In this document: one piece after another, positions 61,535-64,000 of the stretch
How the letters are laid out: each line of letters starts with the position of its first letter
How positions within the stretch are numbered: position 1 is the stretch's first letter
Assembly: GCF_023055435.1 (NCBI RefSeq)
Contig: NW_025963891.1
Location: forward strand, 15,252,001 to 15,316,000
From: Haliotis rufescens
Taxonomy: Eukaryota
Direction of reading: 5' to 3'
Length of the DNA stretch: 64,000 nucleotides
Notes under the pieces: model-generated
Database searches by the model: none
What the model was told of the DNA's origin: nothing
Seen by the model: the letters and a program-made list of their open reading frames with translations, nothing else
Position numbers and translations under genes: made by a program

Positions 61535-64000
61535 GGATGATTGTGTGTCATCATGCCCTATGACTTGGATGATTGTGTGTCGTCATGCCCCTATGACTTG
61601 GATGATTGTGTGTCATCATGCCCCTATGACTTGGATGATTGTGTGTCACCATGCCCTATGACTTGGATGATTGTGTGTCACCATGCCCTATGACTTGGAT
61701 GATTGTGTGTCGTCATGCCCTATGACTTGGATGATTGTGTGTCATCATGTCCTATGACTTGGATGATTGTGTGTCACCATGCCCTATGACTTGGATGATT
61801 GTGTGTCGTCATGCCCTATGACTTGGATGATTGTGTGTCATCATGTCCTATGACTTGGATGATTGTGTGTCATCATGCCCTATGACTTGGATGATTGTGT
61901 GTCGTCATGCCCCTATGACTTTGATGACTGTGTCATCATGCCCTATGACTTGGAGGATTGTGTGTCATCATGCCCTATGACTTGGATGATTGTGTGTCAC
62001 CATGCCCTATGACTTGGGTGATTGTGTGTCGTCATGCCCCTATGACTTTGATGACTGTGTCATCATGCCCTATGACTTGGAGGATTGTGTGTCATCATGC
62101 CCCTATGACTTGGATGATTGTGTGTCATCATGCCCTATGACTTGGATGATTGTGTGTCATCATGCCCCTATGACTTGGATGATTGTGTGTCATCATGCCC
62201 CTATGACTTGGATGATTGTGTGTCACCATGCCCTATGACTTGGATGATTGTGTGTCACCATGCCCTATGACTTGGATGATTGTGTGTCATCATGCCCTAT
62301 GACTTGGATGATTGTGTGTCACCATGCCCTATGACTTGGATGGTTGTGTGTCACCATGCCCTATGACTTGGATGATTGTGTGTCACCATGCCCTATGACT
62401 TGGATGGTTGTGTGTCACCATGCCCTATGACTTGGATGATTGTGTGTCATCATGCCCTATGACATGGATGATTGTGTGTCGTCATGCCCCTATGACTTGG
62501 ATGATTGTGTGTCATCATGCCCCTATGACTTGGATGATTGTGTGTCACCATGCCCTATGACTTGGATGATTGTGTGTCACCATGCCCTATGACTTGGATG
62601 ATTGTGTGTCGTCATGCCCTATGACTTGGATGATTGTGTGTCATCATGTCCTATGACTTGGATGATTGTGTGTCACCATGCCCTATGACTTGGATGATTG
62701 TGTGTCGTCATGCCCTATGACTTGGATGATTGTGTGTCATCATGTCCTATGACTTGGATGATTGTGTGTCATCATGCCCTATGACTTGGATGATTGTGTG
62801 TCGTCATGCCCCTATGACTTTGATGACTGTGTCATCATGCCCTATGACTTGGAGGATTGTGTGTCATCATGCCCTATGACTTGGATGATTGTGTGTCACC
62901 ATGCCCTATGACTTGGGTGATTGTGTGTCGTCATGCCCCTATGACTTTGATGACTGTGTCATCATGCCCTATGACTTGGAGGATTGTGTGTCATCATGCC
63001 CCTATGACTTGGATGATTGTGTGTCATCATGCCCTATGACTTGGATGATTGTGTGTCATCATGCCCCTATGACTTGGATGATTGTGTGTCATCATGCCCC
63101 TATGACTTGGATGATTGTGTGTCACCATGCCCTATGACTTGGATGATTGTGTGTCACCATGTCCTATGACTTGGATGATTGTGTGTCATCATGCCCTATG
63201 ACTTGGATGATTGTGTGTCACCATGCCCTATGACTTGGATGGTTGTGTGTCACCATGCCCTATGACTTGGATGATTGTGTGTCACCATGCCCTATGACTT
63301 GGATGGTTGTGTGTCACCATGCCCTATGACTTGGATTATTGTGTGTCATCATGCCCCTATGACTTGGATGATTGTGTGTCACCATGCCCCTATGACTTGG
63401 ATGATTGTGTGTCATCATGCCCCTATGACTTGGATGATTGTGTGTCACCATGCCCTATGACTTGGATGATTGTGTGTCATCATGCCCTATGACTTGGATG
63501 ATTGTGTCATCATGCCCCTATGACTTGGATGATTGTGTCACCATGCCCTATGACTTGGATGATTGTGTCACCATGCCCTATGACTTGGATGATTGTGTGT
63601 CATCATAGCCCTATGACTTGGATGATTGTGTGTCACCATGCCCCTATGACTTGGATGATTGTGTGTCACCATGCCCCTATGACTTGGATGATTGTGTCAT
63701 CATGCCCCTATGACTTGGATGATTGTGTGTCACCATGCCCTATGACTTGGATGATTGTGTGTCACCATGCCCTATGACTTGGATGATTGTGTGTCATCAT
63801 GCCCTATGACTTGGATGATTGTGTGTCACCATGCCCTATGACTTGGATGGTTGTGTGTCACCATGCCCTATGACTTGGATGATTGTGTGTCACCATGCCC
63901 TATGACTTGGATGGTTGTGTGTCACCATGCCCTATGACTTGGATGATTGTGTGTCATCATGCCCCTATGACTTGGATGATTGTGTGTCACCATGCCCCTA
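61535..64000. repeat. 29-32-bp minisatellite (~79 units, runs off the window) in PGS1 intron 4, with an 899-bp higher-order duplication
   Basis: Unit CCC(C)TATGACTTGGATGATTGTGTGTCA(T/C)CATG. Identical variant series recur 899 bp apart (ORFs at 61958/62857 and 61990/62889 are identical). Confidence 0.97.

Noticed and set aside
61958-63777. Cys/His-rich short ORFs resembling metallothionein
   Set aside because: By-products of the 31-bp repeat, with frequent frameshifts and stops.

Overview
AT-rich, intron-rich animal genomic DNA, probably a gastropod mollusc such as abalone (inferred from repeat families, not proven). Three protein-coding genes are present. (1) The 3' half of a SEC14L1/real-time-like CRAL-TRIO+GOLD gene (+, exons 3547-10595, with probable alternative last exons at 13681-14027). 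(2) A complete 46-exon outer-arm axonemal dynein beta heavy chain (DNAH9/11/17 group; -, 55406->20187; my exon chain gives 4466 aa). (3) The first four exons of PGS1 (+, from 55836), head-to-head with the dynein gene across a ~430-bp RFX X-box-containing spacer. The window opens in a decayed DIRS1-type tyrosine-recombinase retrotransposon with an intact terminal/ICR structure. Introns and UTRs hold at least four SINE families, many MITEs, Helentron-like elements and several minisatellites. A Penelope-like inverted pLTR carries a minimal hammerhead ribozyme with a U3-A8 variant core and has an I-group LINE 3' end nested inside it. The most notable observations are: a non-tRNA SINE whose sharp 5' end folds into a conserved pseudoknot with HDV-like features; the intronic hammerhead; repeated tandem duplication of splice sites (up to ~47 donors); and a splice donor overlapping the SEC14 stop codon. 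No prokaryotic-type system was found.
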